Shown piece by piece: positions 35,316 through 49,240 of a DNA stretch of 64,000 bases. A program made the translations under genes and the position numbers. The DNA comes from Macrostomum lignano (lineage: Eukaryota). The stretch spans positions 379,152 to 443,151 of the forward strand of contig NIVC01000793.1 in assembly GCA_002269645.1 (NCBI GenBank), in the 5' to 3' direction. The notes under the pieces were generated by a model. That model was not told the DNA's origin. It did no database searches and saw nothing but the letters and a program-made list of their open reading frames with translations. Numbering within the stretch: position 1 is the stretch's first letter; each line of letters begins with the position of its first letter.

Positions 35316-35904
35316 ACAGAGGGCTGTCAATTCTAAAGTCATATTCCCCTTGATCTCATTCAGAACGTAACCATCGACTCCTTGTAACCACTATTAAGAA
35401 AATGAAATTGCTTTATGAACAACAAATTTATATTAATATGACAGCAAAACGCACACAGAACTGCGACACATAAGACACAAGAGGGCAATGCCTTGCAATT
35501 TCATATGGATGATCTGAGTCGGGGCGGGAGGGGGGTCGATCGAAGATCGAAAATTTCCATGCCGCTTCTCCCCCCCCCCCCTGCATCCGCTGCTGCGAGT
35601 TCCGCAGAGATTTCCGCGCAGACAGAATCGCCCCGCCCTCGTCCTCAACAGCAGATCCCGGGCCCAGATACGGCAGATATCTCATGCCGATCAAAGAGAG
35701 GCAGAAGTGCAGCGGCAGCTCGGGAGACACGGCGGGGACGGCCGACAGGCTGTTGGAGGACAAACGGCTTGGGGATGGAGTAGGGGAGGAGGGAAGGGGG
35801 CAGTTGGAGCGGCACTCTTGTTGCTATAAGGAAAACATACTTCACTGGCTGCTCCGATATTATTTCCTGTGCTTGGACTGCTCCTTTTTTCCCGGATCTG
35901 ATGG

Positions 35905-35907
35905 TGT

Positions 35908-35948
<41 letters not shown>

Positions 35949-36443
35949 TCTGTGCCTGTGTCTGTGCCTGTGTCTGTGTCTGTGTCTGTGTCTGTGCCTG
36001 TGTCTGTGTCTGTGCCTGTGTCTGTGCCTGTGTCTGTGCCTGTGTCTGTGCCTGTGCCTGTGTCTGTGCCTGTGCCTGTGTCTGTGCCTGTGCCTGTGCC
36101 TGTGTCTGTGCCTGTGTCTGTGTCTGTGTCTGTGTCTGTGTCTGTGTCTGTGCCTGTGCCTGTGCCTGTGCCTGTGTCTGTGCCTGTGCCTGTGCCTGTG
36201 TCTGTGCCTGTGTCTGTGTCTGTGTCTGTGTCTGTGCCTGTGTCTGTGCCTGTGGCTGTGCCTGTGTCTGTGCCTGTGTCTGTTTCTGTGTCTGTGTCTG
36301 TGTCTGTGTCTGTGTCTGTGCCTGTGCCTGTGTCTGTGCCTGTGCCTGTGTCTGTGCCTGTGTCTGTGCCTGTGTCTGTGTCTGTGTCTGTGTCTGTGTC
36401 TGTGTGTCTGTGCCTGTGTCTGTGCCTGTGCCTGTGCCTGTGT

Positions 36444-36514
<71 letters not shown>

Positions 36515-37158
36515 TCTGTGCCTGTGTCTGTGTCTGTGTCTGTGCCTGTGTCTATGTCTGTGTCTGTGCCTGTGTCTGTGCCTGTGTCTGTGTCTATGTC
36601 TGTGTCTGTGACTGTGTCTATGTCTGTCTCCATGCCTGTGCCTGTGTCTGTGCCTGTGTCTGTGCCTGTGTCTGTGTCTGTGTCTGTGTCTGTGTCTGTG
36701 TCTGTGTCTGTGCCTGTGTCTGTGTCTGTGCCTGTGTCTGTGCCTGTGTCTGTGCCTGTGCCTGTGTCTGTGCCTGTGCCTGTGTCTGTGCCTGTGCCTG
36801 TGCCTGTGTCTGTGCCTGTGTCTGTGTCTGTGTCTGTGTCTGTGTCTGTGTCTGTGCCTGTGCCTGTGCCTGTGCCTGTGTCTGTGCCTGTGCCTGTGCC
36901 TGTGTCTGTGCCTGTGTCTGTGTCTGTGTCTGTGTCTGTGCCTGTGTCTGTGCCTGTGCCTGTGCCTGTGTCTGTGCCTGTGTCTGTTTCTGTGTCTGTG
37001 TCTGTGTCTGTGTCTGTGCCTGTGCCTGTGTCTGTGCCTGTGCCTGTGTCTGTGCCTGTGCCTGTGTCTGTGCCTGTGTCTGTGCCTGTGTCTGTGTCTG
37101 TGTCTGTGTGTCTGTGCCTGTGTCTGTGCCTGTGCCTGTGCCTGTGTCTGTGCCTGTG

Positions 37159-37217
<59 letters not shown>

Positions 37218-37415
37218 TCTGTGCCTGTGTCTGTGTCTGTGTCTGTGCCTGTGTCTATGTCTGTGTCTGTGCCTGTGTCTGTGCCTGTGTCTGTGTCTAT
37301 GTCTGTGTCTGTGACTGTGTCTATGTCTGTCTCCATGCCTGTGCCTGTGCCTGTGCCTGTGTCTGTGTCTGTCTCCATGCCTGTGCCTGTGTCTGTGTCT
37401 GTGTCTGTGCCAGTG
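35905..37415. repeat. (TGTGCC/TGTGTC)n hexamer array
   Basis: Two interspersed hexamer variants, with an internal block duplication. Confidence 0.97.
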
Positions 37416-37462
37416 TCTGGTTCTATTTTGCAAAATAGGCCTAAAGGAATGCCATTTAATAA

Positions 37463-37465
<3 letters not shown>

Positions 37466-37541
<76 letters not shown>

Positions 37542-37545
37542 GCTA
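37466..37545. repeat. (CAG)n trinucleotide tract
   Basis: Direct reading. Confidence 0.95.
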
Positions 37546-38024
37546 CCCCCAGTCAGTTTTTGCCATCCTGCCCTGCTACATCGGGACTGCAGTTTGGCTT
37601 TAAAATATGGCGCGAAAACCCTATCCAAGAGACATTTTTGTACTCGTAGATAATTTCTTTTTTCGATTTTTTCTGCTTACTTTATCTTTCATCCGGGTTC
37701 ACTTATTCTCGCACCTGCACAGGGCGGGGTGCAGCTTAAGCGCTGGAAGCCAAACCGGCCCCACCACGAAAGTGGGGCCAATTATAAACAGTGAAGGAGC
37801 TGCAGTGCCGCTCAGCTGGCTAAGCCAGGCTTGTTTAGCACAGTCACAAATTAAAGAGCTTCGCCAAGTCTATTGCGTGTAAATAGTTCACAGTGTATTT
37901 TTATTCAAGGCTGGAGAATAGTTTCTATCAAGCAATTGAATCAATATTTGGAAACAATTGAATACTTAGTCTAACAAACATTTAGTGTCAAAGATAGAAA
38001 TGTCAAAAATAGTGTCAAATAATG

Positions 38025-38525
38025 TCAGATGGAATCAGATGGTGTCAGATAGTGTCAGATGGCGTCAGATAGTGTAATATAGTGTCAGATGCTGTCAGAT
38101 AGTGTCAGATAGTGTCAGGTGGTGTCAGATAGTGTCAGAAAGTGTCAGATAGTGTCAGGTGGTGTCAGATAGTGTCAGATAGTCTCAGAAAGTGTCAGGT
38201 GGTGTCAGGTGGTGTCAGATAGTGTCAAAGGGTGTCAGATAGTGTCAGATAGTGTCAAAGGGTGTCAGATAGTGTCAGATAGTGTCAGATGGTGTCAGAT
38301 AGTGTCAGATATTTTCAGATAGTGTCAAAGGGTGTCAGATAGTGTCAGATGGTGTCAGCTGGTGTCAAATGGTGTCAGATGGTGTCAACTGGTGTCAGAT
38401 GGTGTCAGATAGTGTCAAATGGTGTCAGATAGTGTCAGATAGTGTCAAATGGTGTCAGATAGTGTCAGATAGTCACAGGTGGTGTCAGGTGGTGTCAGGT
38501 AGTGTCAGGTGGTGTCAGGTGGTGC
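38025..38525. repeat. 10-bp minisatellite (gtgtcagata/gtgtcaggtg)
   Basis: Direct reading. Confidence 0.95.
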
Positions 38526-38954
38526 TAGACAAGCACGCACAAGTACATTTATCAATCCCCTATTCATGATAGGTGACTGAAAGAAAACTGACAGAATGAA
38601 AGCTGAAATGGAAAATAATAATATAATTGATACTGACAGATCTGTGACAGAATGGGGATAGAAGGGCGAAATGCAATTTCCCTCAGAGACTCAGACGTAG
38701 TCGCTGGTCAGTCACCCAAACACCTGTCGCAGCTAGTATCCTGTTTCTATGCAAAATAAATCAATAAAATCTGATAAGCACAAAAGGAATGCACACAAAA
38801 TCCCTTTTTTTTGCTCGATTCGCGATCCAAGCAGTGCAATGATTCTGTCTGTACGTGATTAAAAATGATTTCGGTGCTGTTGCTTTGCTGACCGATACGG
38901 ATCACTCTGTGGGTGCCCGCTAAGCCTTATCAAACCAGACCCTGTGGTACGCTC

Positions 38955-39465
38955 GTAAGTCCCCACTTTGAGCAGATGCTTAGGTAAGTCCCCACTTTAA
39001 GCAGATGCTCAGGTAAGTCCCCTACTTTAAGCAGATGCTCAGGTAAGTCCCCACTTTAAGTAGATGCTCAGGTAAGTCCCCACTTTAAGCAGATGCTCAG
39101 GTAAGTCCCCTACTTTAAGCAGATGCTCAGGTAAGTCCCCTACTTTAAGCAGATGCTCAGGTAAGTCCCCACTTTAAGCAGATGCTCAGGTAAGTCCCCA
39201 CTTTGAGCAGATGCTCAAGTAAGTCCCCACTTTGAGCAGATGCTCAGGTAAGTCCCCACTTTGAGCAGATGCTCAGGTAAGTCCCCACTTTGAGCAGATG
39301 CTCAGGTAAGTCCCCACTTTGAGCAGATGCTCAGGTAAGTCCTCACTTTGAGCAGATGCTCAGGTAAGTCCCCCACTTTGAGCAGATGCTCAGGTAAGTC
39401 CTCATACTTTGAGCAGATGCTCAGGTAAGTCCCCACTTTGAGCAGATGCTCAGGTAAGTCCTCAT
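38955..39465 (+). repeat. 29-31-bp minisatellite, each unit carrying a 5' splice-site motif
   Basis: ccccactttgagcagatgctcaggtaagt; 18 GTAAGT, 15 of them CAG|GTAAGT. Confidence 0.95.
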
Positions 39466-41029
39466 ACTTTTACCATAGCGCCCAAATTACAATTTTGTTT
39501 TTTCAGTTGCTTGAACAAACAAATTTTCGAGCGTTAAAAAATGACTGAAATGATGAGGCTACAATCGATACGCCTCAGCATCCCACTCGTTTCCTCATCC
39601 CTCATTCCACGTCGCCTAAATGAAGCCACGATCATTAATTATTAATGAGCTGGCTGGATTGGGAGGGGAATGGAGCTGGGAGAGGCGAGTCAGAGAGAGG
39701 GAGAAAACAACTCATCCAAAAGCTTAGAAACGAATGAGCCGCCAAATATCCTATAAAGTGGCTTGTCGTGTTGAATGAGGTCTGTGCCGACTTCCCAGCA
39801 AACTAGAGAGTCCCTGAGCTGGCACTACTGACAGATTTGGTGCCTGATTGTACACCTCAATATCTAACTTGCCCTCTCCGTGTCCGCGTCCCTCTCCTGA
39901 CTGTCCGGATGGAGGGAGGGTTGGCTGCGCCGCCTGAACCATTTCCTGTCTGTCCCGGAAGTCCCATAGGAGTTATAATCGTATGCTACCCTTTCCCTGC
40001 ACTTATCGAATGAGCAGGGGGAGCCGCACCGCGTCCAGAGCAGGATTGACAGTTGGGTGACGCGGGCGACTGATCTGGGATCTGGGAGCCACCGCGCCTC
40101 TCTCCTCGACAGTCTGTCTCAGAAAACTCCAATCTAAAAACGAAGAGCCGTGCTTGTTTTTTCTACTCTTTAGATTTCGCCCTCCTGGGGGAATAGAGGG
40201 CCTTTAGTATTGACTTATTGACGTATTTGACCGGTCCAATGTATTCCGGAGCGAGCCGCTTAGAATTAAAATCACTTTCTGAGCTCAGATTTCCCAGCAG
40301 CATTCAAACTATGGAGGCTCAACTTAGAATTTATTAATAAATCCAGACCACCTGTGTACGCGGGAGGTTCATGGGTGAGTGATCGATTCTGTGCTTTCAA
40401 GAGAGAAGAGAGCGAAGGAGTGTTTTAGTAGCGGTTACAAGGCAGGTAGGGTAGGGTGGAAGAGAGTGGAATTGTGGCGAGAAGAAAGAAGAAAGCAAAA
40501 AGAAACCGACCGGTAGAGTGAGAAGAAGGCAAACAGAATGCAATGAAAATTGCAGAAATAATCATAATTGCAGGGCCTTGCGGGACACCCTGGCGTAACG
40601 CCTTCGGCGACGCGGTCCCATCGACCAACGCCAAGGCACTTCTGAGGGCAGCAGAAAGGTCTATCAGTCATCCGATTCCAGCTTGTGAGGCCGGAAGTGA
40701 ACCAATAAAATTGAGCCCTCCAGCCTCGCGCACAGTCAGTCAATTGTTGAGTAACAATGAAAAAATTCTTCTGGATAAGAATTACTGCTTCTCAGCATCA
40801 TATACATGCAGCAGTGCTTATTTGACTCTTAACTTTACAGCCGCTCTCCCTCTTCTTTCTCCAACATTTTTTTTAATTTATCGCTACTTCCATATCCGAC
40901 GCTGTTGTGTTAACTTCGCTCACTTGGCTGGAGGTCCCAACAGCCTTGGCTTTTTATTTTATTTTATTGATCAATTTAGAATCATTTCGGTTTTCTATTT
41001 TCTTCTCTCGTTTCCTTGCTAGATATAAT

Positions 41030-41400
41030 GTGGGACAAATGAGACAAGCGTGCTAACTAGACAAGCGTGTAAATGGGACAAGCGTGCTAACGGACTGGGA
41101 CAGCGTGCAAATGGGACAAGCGTGCAAATGGGACAAGCGTGCTAACGGACTGGGACAGCGTGCAAATCGGGCAAGCGTGCAAATGAGATAAGCGTGCTAA
41201 TGGGACAAGCGTGCTAACGGGACAAGCGTGCAACTCGGAAAAGCGTGCAAATGGGACAAGCGTGCAGATGTGACAAGCGTGTTAATGGTAGAAGCGTGCT
41301 AATGGGACAAGCGTGCTAATGGGACAAGCGTGCTAATGGGACAAGCGTGCTAATGGTACAAGCGTGCTAATGGGACAAGCTTGCAGATGGGACAAGCTTG
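41030..41400. repeat. About 17-bp minisatellite (gggacaagcgtgctaat)
   Basis: Direct reading. Confidence 0.93.
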
Positions 41401-42115
41401 AACATTCAATATGCTTTGTCCACAATGGAAATCTTTGTCAAAAATGAAACGAACATGTCAAAAAATTCTAATTCTTTTGATGCAAAACATTTCTTATCGC
41501 TTTGAAGATCTTCTGGTTTGCAAAGCTGCTATGCATTATTTAGTGTAGCCTGTCAGTCTCATAGGCCGGTCAAACCACTTCTTTTCCATCAACTTCTTTT
41601 GTTGTCTCTCTTCCTCTCTCCCGCCCTACTCAAGGAGTCACTCATCTCTGGCCCCTACAGCCTGTCAGTCGCTCATCCTTGGCATTCTCCCTCCATTTCT
41701 CTGCCCAAAGCCTCTCCATCCTCTCTGCAAATCTACTTGAAAAGCCTGCCACAGACGCTGGGGGCCTTTCTAACATCTGTCAAATTGTCCCTGATGCATG
41801 TGTCTTCTAGGAAGCAGATCGCACAAAACACGGATGCTGAAATATATTTTTTTTCGTCTGTAGGCAGAATAAAAGAGCAAGAAGGCTGGAAAGAGCAAAG
41901 ATTTTGGGGATTATTCAGCTCCCTTATTTTCTGCTGCGGCAGTCAATGCTTGACTTACTGCACTATAGGGGAAGTCAATTGCCTGCACTGGAGTCGCGTC
42001 CTTCAGGTTGGCAGTTCCTGACATGTCGATAATTATGCTTATTTATCCTGGTATGATTTTGGTTGCGCTGTCTCTTACGTGTACTAATGCCGTGATTGAA
42101 ATACAATGATTTCTG

Positions 42116-45100
42116 AAGGACACTTGAGGGTAGCGGAAAGGCAGATTCAAGGACACTGAGGAGAGGCAGATTCAAGGACACTGAGGAGAGGCAGATTCAA
42201 GGACACTGAGGGGAGCAGAGAGGCAGATTCAAGGACACTGAAGAGAGGCAGATTCAAGGACACTGAGGAGAGGCAGATTCAAGGACACTGAGGCAGCGGA
42301 GAGGCAGATTCAAGGACACTGAGGAGAGGCAGATTCAAGGACACTGAGGGGAGCAGAGAGGCAGATTCAAGGACACTGAGGAGAGGCAGATTCAAGGACA
42401 CTGAGGAGAGGCAGATTCAAGGACACTGAGGGGAGCAGAGAGGCAGATTCAAGGACACTGAGGGGAGCAGAGAGGCAGATTCAAGGACACTGAGGCAGCG
42501 GAGAGGCAGGGTCAAGGACACTGAGGGGAGCGGAGAAGCAGATTCAAGGACACTGAGGGGAGCAGAGAGGCAGATTCAAGGACACTGAGGGGAGCAGAGA
42601 GGCAGATTCAAGGACACTGAGGCAGCGGAAAGGCAGATTCAAGGACACTGAGGAGTGGCAGATTCAAGGACACTGAGGAGAGGCAGATTCAAGGACACTG
42701 AGGAGAGGCAGATTCAAGGACACTGAGGAGAGGCAGATTCAAGGACACTGAGGAGAGGCAGATTCAAGGACACTGAGGGGAGCGGAGAGGCAGATTCAAG
42801 GACACTGAGGGGAGCAGAGAGGCAGATTCAAGGACACTGAGGCAGCGGAGAGGCAGATTCAAGGACACTGAGGGGAGCAGAGAGGCAGATTCAAGGACAC
42901 TGAGGGGAGCGGAGAGGCAGATTCAAGGACACTGAGGGGAGCGGAGAGGCAGATTCAAGGACACTGAGGAGAGGCAGATTCAAGGACACTGAGGGGAGCA
43001 GAGAGGCAGATTCAAGGACACTGAGGCAGCGGAGAGGCAGGGTCAAGGACACTGAGGGGAGCGGAGAAGCAGATTCAAGGACACTGAGGGGAGCAGAGAG
43101 GCAGATTCAAGGACACTGAGGGGAGCAGAGAGGCAGATTCAAGGACACTGAGGCAGCGGAAAGGCAGATTCAAGGACACTGAGGAGAGGCAGATTCAAGG
43201 ACACTGAGGGGAGGCAGATTCAAGGACACTGAGGAGAGGCAGATTCAAGGACACTGAGGAGAGGCAAATTCAAGGACACTGAGGGGAGCAGAGAGGCAGA
43301 TTCAAGGACACTGAGGAGAGGCAGATTAAAGGACACTGAGGGGAGCGGAGAAGCAGATTCAAGGACACTGAGGGGAGCAGAGAGGCACATTCAAGGACAC
43401 TGAGGGGAGCGGAGAGGCAGATTCAAGGACACTGAGGGGAGCGGAGAGGCAGATTCAAGGACACTGAGGGGAGCAGAGAGGCAGATTCAAGGACACTGAG
43501 GGGAGCGGAGAGGCAGATTCAAGGACACTGAGGAGAGGCAGATTCAAGGACACTGAGGGGAGCAGAGAGGCAGATTCAAGGACACTGAGGAGAGGCAGAT
43601 TCAAGGACACTGAGGAGAGGCAGATTCAAGGACACTGAGGGGAGCAGAGAGGCAGATTCAAGGACACTGAGGGGAGCAGAGAGGCAGATTCAAGGACACT
43701 GAGGCAGCGGAGAGGCAGGGTCAAGGACACTGAGGGGAGCGGAGAAGCAGATTCAAGGACACTGAGGGGAGCAGAGAGGCAGATTCAAGGACACTGAGGG
43801 GAGCGGAGAGGCAGATTCAAGGACACTGAGGGGAGCGGAGAAGCAGATTCAAGGACACTGAGGGGAGCGGAGAGGCAGATTCAAGGACACTGAGGAGAGG
43901 CAGATTCAAGGACACTGAGGGGAGCAGAGAGGCAGATTCAAGGACACTGAGGAGAGGCAGATTCAAGGACACTGAGGAGAGGCAGATTCAAGGACACTGA
44001 GGGGAGCAGAGAGGCAGATTCAAGGACACTGAGGGGAGCAGAGAGGCAGATTCAAGGACACTGAGGCAGCGGAGAGGCAGGGTCAAGGACACTGAGGGGA
44101 GCGGAGAAGCAGATTCAAGGACACTGAGGGGAGCAGAGAGGCAGATTCAAGGACACTGAGGGGAGCGGAGAGGCACATTCAAGGACACTGAGGGGAGCGG
44201 AGAGGCAGATTCAAGGACACTGAGGGGAGCGGAGAGGCAGATTCAAGGACACTGAGGAGAGGCAGATTCAAGGACACTGAGGGGAGCAGAGAGGCAGATT
44301 CAAGGACACTGAGGAGAGGCAGATTCAAGGACACTGAGGGGAGCAGAGAGGCAGATTCAAGGACACTGTGGAGAGGCAGATTCAAGGACACTGAGGGGAG
44401 CAGAGAGGCAGATTCAAGGACACTGAGGGGAGCGGAGAGGCAGATTCAAGGACACTGAGGAGAGGCAGATTCAAGGACACTGAGGGGAGCAGAGAGGCAG
44501 ATTCAAGGACACTGAGGAGTGGCAGATTCAAGGACACTGAGGAGAGGCAGATTCAAGGACACTGAGGGGAGCAGAGAGGCAGATTCAAGGACACTGAGGG
44601 GAGCAGAGAGGCAGATTCAAGGACACTGAGGGGAGCGGAGAGGCAGGGTCAAGGACACTGAGGGGAGCGGAGAAGCAGATTCAAGGACACTGAGGGGAGC
44701 GGAGAAGCAGATTCAAGGACACTGAGGGGAGCGGAGAGGCAGATTCAAGGACACTGAGGGGAGCAGAGAGGCAGATTCAAGGACACTGAGGCAGCGGAGA
44801 GGCAGATTCAAGGACACTGAGGAGAGGCAGATTCAAGGACACTGAGGGGAGCGGAGAAGCAGATTCAAGGACACTGAGGGGAGCGGAGAAGCAGATTCAA
44901 GGACACTGAGGGGAGCAGAGAGGCAGATTCAAGGACACTGAGGGGAGCGGAGAGGCAGATTCAAGGACACTGAGGGGAGCAGAGAGGCAGATTCAAGGAC
45001 ACTGAGGGGAGGCAGATTCAAGGACACTGAGGGGAGGCAGATTCAAGGACACTGAGGAGAGGCAGATTCAAGGACACTGAGGAGAGCAGAGAGGCAGATT

Positions 45101-48100
45101 CAAGGACACTGAGGGGAGCGGAGAGGCAGATTCAAGGACACTGAGGGGAGCGGAGAGGCAGATTCAAGGACACTGAGGGGAGCGGAGAGGCAGATTCAAG
45201 GACACTGAGGAGAGGCAGATTCAAGGACACTGAGGGGAGCAGAGAGGCAGATTCAAGGACACTGAGGAGAGGCAGATTCAAGGACACTGAGGAGAGGCAG
45301 ATTCAAGGACACTGAGGGGAGCAGAGAGGCAGATTCAAGGACACTGAGGGGAGCAGAGAGGCAGATTCAAGGACACTGAGGCAGCGGAGAGGCAGGGTCA
45401 AGGACACTGAGGGGAGCGGAGAAGCAGATTCAAGGACACTGAGGGGAGCAGAGAGGCAGATTCAAGGACACTGAGGGGAGCGGAGAGGCAGATTCAAGGA
45501 CACTGAGGGGAGCGGAGAGGCAGATTCAAGGACACTGAGGAGAGGCAGATTCAAGGACACTGAGGGGAGCAGAGAGGCAGATTCAAGGACACTGAGGGGA
45601 GCGGAGAGGCAGATTCAAGGACACTGAGGGGAGCGGAGAGGCAGATTCAAGGACACTGAGGAGAGGCAGATTCAAGGACACTGAGGGGAGCAGAGAGGCA
45701 GATTCAAGGACACTGAGGAGAGGCAGATTCAAGGACACTGAGGAGAGGCAGATTCAAGGACACTGAGGGGAGCAGAGAGGCAGATTCAAGGACACTGAGG
45801 GGAGCAGAGAGGCAGATTCAAGGACACTGAGGGGAGCGGAGAGGCAGGGTCAAGGACACTGAGGGGAGCGGAGAAGCAGATTCAAGGACACTGAGGGGAG
45901 CAGAGAGGCAGATTCAAGGACACTGAGGGGAGCGGAGAGGCAGATTCAAGGACACTGAGGGGAGCGGAGAGGCAGATTCAAGGACACTGAGGGGAGCGGA
46001 GAAGCAGATTCAAGGACACTGAGGGGAGCGGAGAGGCAGATTCAAGGACACTGAGGGGAGCGGAGAGGCAGATTCAAGGACACTGAGGGGAGCGGAGAAG
46101 CAGATTTAAGGACACTGAGGAGAGGCAGATTCAAGGACACTGAGGGGAGCGGAGAAGCAGATTCAAGGACACTGAGGGGAGCGGAGAGGCAGATTCAAGG
46201 ACACTGAGGGGAGCAGAGAGGCAGATTCAAGGACACTGAGGGGAGGCAGATTCAAGGACACTGAGAGGAGGCAGATTCAAGGACACTGAGGAGAGGCAGA
46301 TTCAAGGACACTGAGGAGAGGCAGATTCAAGGACACTGAGGAGAGCAGAGAGGCAGATTCAAGGACACTGAGGGGAGCAGAGAGGCAGATTCAAGGACAC
46401 TGAGGGGAGCAGAGAGGCAGATTCAAGGACACTGAGGAGAGGCAGATTCAAGGACACTGAGGAGAGGCAGATTCAAGGACACTGAGGAGAGCAGAGAGGC
46501 AGATTCAAGGACACTGAGGGGAGCGGAGAGGCAGATTCAAGGACACTGAGGGGAGCGGAGAGGCAGATTCAAGGACACTGAGGGGAGCGGAGAGGCAGAT
46601 TCAAGGACACTGAGGAGAGGCAGATTCAAGGACACTGAGGGGAGCAGAGAGGCAGATTCAAGGACACTGAGGAGAGGCAGATTCAAGGACACTGAGGAGA
46701 GGCAGATTCAAGGACACTGAGGGGAGCAGAGAGGCAGATTCAAGGACACTGAGGGGAGCAGAGAGGCAGATTCAAGGACACTGAGGCAGCGGAGAGGCAG
46801 GGTCAAGGACACTGAGGGGAGCGGAGAAGCAGATTCAAGGACACTGAGGGGAGCAGAGAGGCAGATTCAAGGACACTGAGGGGAGCGGAGAGGCAGATTC
46901 AAGGACACTGAGGGGAGCGGAGAGGCAGATTCAAGGACACTGAGGGGAGCAGAGAGGCAGATTCAAGGACACTGAGGGGAGCAGAGAGGCAGATTCAAGG
47001 ACACTGAGGGGAGCGGAGAGGCAGATTCAAGGACACTGAGGGGAGCGGAGAGGCAGATTCAAGGACACTGAGGAGAGGCAGATTCAAGGACACTGAGGGG
47101 AGCAGAGAGGCAGATTCAAGGACACTGAGGAGAGGCAGATTCAAGGACACTGAGGAGAGGCAGATTCAAGGACACTGAGGAGAGGCAGATTCAAGGACAC
47201 TGAGGGGAGCAGAGAGGCAGATTCAAGGACACTGAGGGGAGCAGAGAGGCAGATTCAAGGACACTGAGGCAGCGGAGAGGCAGGGTCAAGGACACTGAGG
47301 GGAGCGGAGAAGCAGATTCAAGGACACTGAGGGGAGCAGAGAGGCAGATTCAAGGACACTGAGGGGAGCGGAGAGGCAGATTCAAGGACACTGAGGGGAG
47401 CGGAGAGGCAGATTCAAGGACACTGAGGGGAGCGGAGAGGCAGATTCAAGGACACTGAGAAGAGGCAGATTCAAGGACACTGAGGGGAGCAGAGAGGCAG
47501 ATTCAAGGACACTGAGGAGAGGCAGATTCAAGGACACTGAGGGGAGCAGAGAGGCAGATTCAAGGACACTGTGGAGAGGCAGATTCAAGGACACTGAGGG
47601 GAGCAGAGAGGCAGATTCAAGGACACTGAGGGGAGCAGAGAGGCAGATTCAAGGACACTGAGGAGAGGCAGATTCAAGGACACTGAGGAGAGCAGAGAGG
47701 CAGATTCAAGGACACTGAGGAGAGGCAGATTCAAGGACACTGAGGAGAGGCAGATTCAAGGACACTGAGGGGAGCAGAGAGGCAGATTCAAGGACACTGA
47801 GGGGAGCAGAGAGGCAGATTCAAGGACACTGAGGGGAGCGGAGAGGCAGGGTCAAGGACACTGAGGGGAGCGGAGAAGCAGATTCAAGGACACTGAGGGG
47901 AGCAGAGAGGCAGATTCAAGGACACTGAGGGGAGCGGAGAGGCAGATTCAAGGACACTGAGGGGAGCGGAGAGGCAGATTCAAGGACACTGAGGGGAGCG
48001 GAGAAGCAGATTCAAGGACACTGAGGGGAGCGGAGAGGCAGATTCAAGGACACTGAGGGGAGCGGAGAGGCAGATTCAAGGACACTGAGGCAGCGGAGAG

Positions 48101-49240
48101 GCAGATTCAAGGACACTGAGGAGAGGCAGATTCAAGGACACTGAGGGGAGCGGAGAAGCAGATTCAAGGACACTGAGGGGAGCGGAGAGGCAGATTCAAG
48201 GACACTGAGGGGAGCAGAGAGGCAGATTCAAGGACACTGAGGGGAGGCAGATTCAAGGACACTGAGGGGAGGCAGATTCAAGGACACTGAGGAGAGGCAG
48301 ATTCAAGGACACTGAGGAGAGGCAGATTCAAGGACACTGAGGAGAGCAGAGAGGCAGATTCAAGGACACTGAGGGGAGCAGAGAGGCAGATTCAAGGACA
48401 CTGAGGGGAGCAGAGAGGCAGATTCAAGGACACTGAGGGGAGCAGAGAGGCAGATTCAAGGACACTGAGGCAGCGGAGAGGCAGATTCAAGGACACTGAG
48501 GAGAGGCAGATTCAAGGACACTGAGGGGAGCGGAGAAGCAGATTCAAGGACACTGAGGGGAGCGGAGAAGCAGATTCAAGGACACTGAGGGGAGCAGAGA
48601 GGCAGATTCAAGGACACTGAGGGGAGCGGAGAGGCAGATTCAAGGACACTGAGGGGAGCAGAGAGGCAGATTCAAGGACACTGAGGGGAGGCAGATTCAA
48701 GGACACTGAGGGGAGGCAGATTCAAGGACACTGAGGAGAGGCAGATTCAAGGACACTGAGGAGAGGCAGATTCAAGGACACTGAGGAGAGCAGAGAGGCA
48801 GATTCAAGGACACTGAGGGGAGCGGAGAGGCAGATTCAAGGACACTGAGGGGAGCAGAGAGGCAGATTCAAGGACACTGAGGGGAGCAGAGAGGCAGATT
48901 CAAGGACACTGAGGGGAGCGGAGAGGCAGATTCATGGACACTGAGGGGAGCGGAGAGGCAGATTCAAGGACACTGAGGGGAGGCAGATTCAAGGACACTG
49001 AGGGGAGGCAGATTCAAGGACACTGAGGAGAGGCAGATTCAAGGACACTGAGGAGAGGCAGATTCAAGGACACTGAGGAGAGCAGAGAGGCAGATTCAAG
49101 GACACTGAGGGGAGCGGAGAGGCAGATTCAAGGACACTGAGGGGAGCAGAGAGGCAGATTCAAGGACACTGAGGGGAGCGGAGAGGCAGATTCAAGGACA
49201 CTGAGGGAGCGGAGAGGCAGATTCAAGGACACTGAGGGAG
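42116..49240. repeat. 7.1-kb satellite of 25/31/32-bp monomers with higher-order structure
   Basis: Constant core aggcagattcaaggacactgag plus variable linkers (gag, ggg, gcagcggag, gggagcagag, gggagcggag). Confidence 0.97.

Noticed and set aside
35645-37649. HR, TQAQ, VPVS and poly-C ORFs
   Set aside because: Products of hexamer and CAG microsatellites; no coding context.
30050-42100. A multi-exon gene hidden among the arrays between Dscam and the satellite
   Set aside because: Some GC-rich patches have splice-like sites (about 30060-30310 and 35684-35779), but I could not build a phase-consistent model or recognise a domain.
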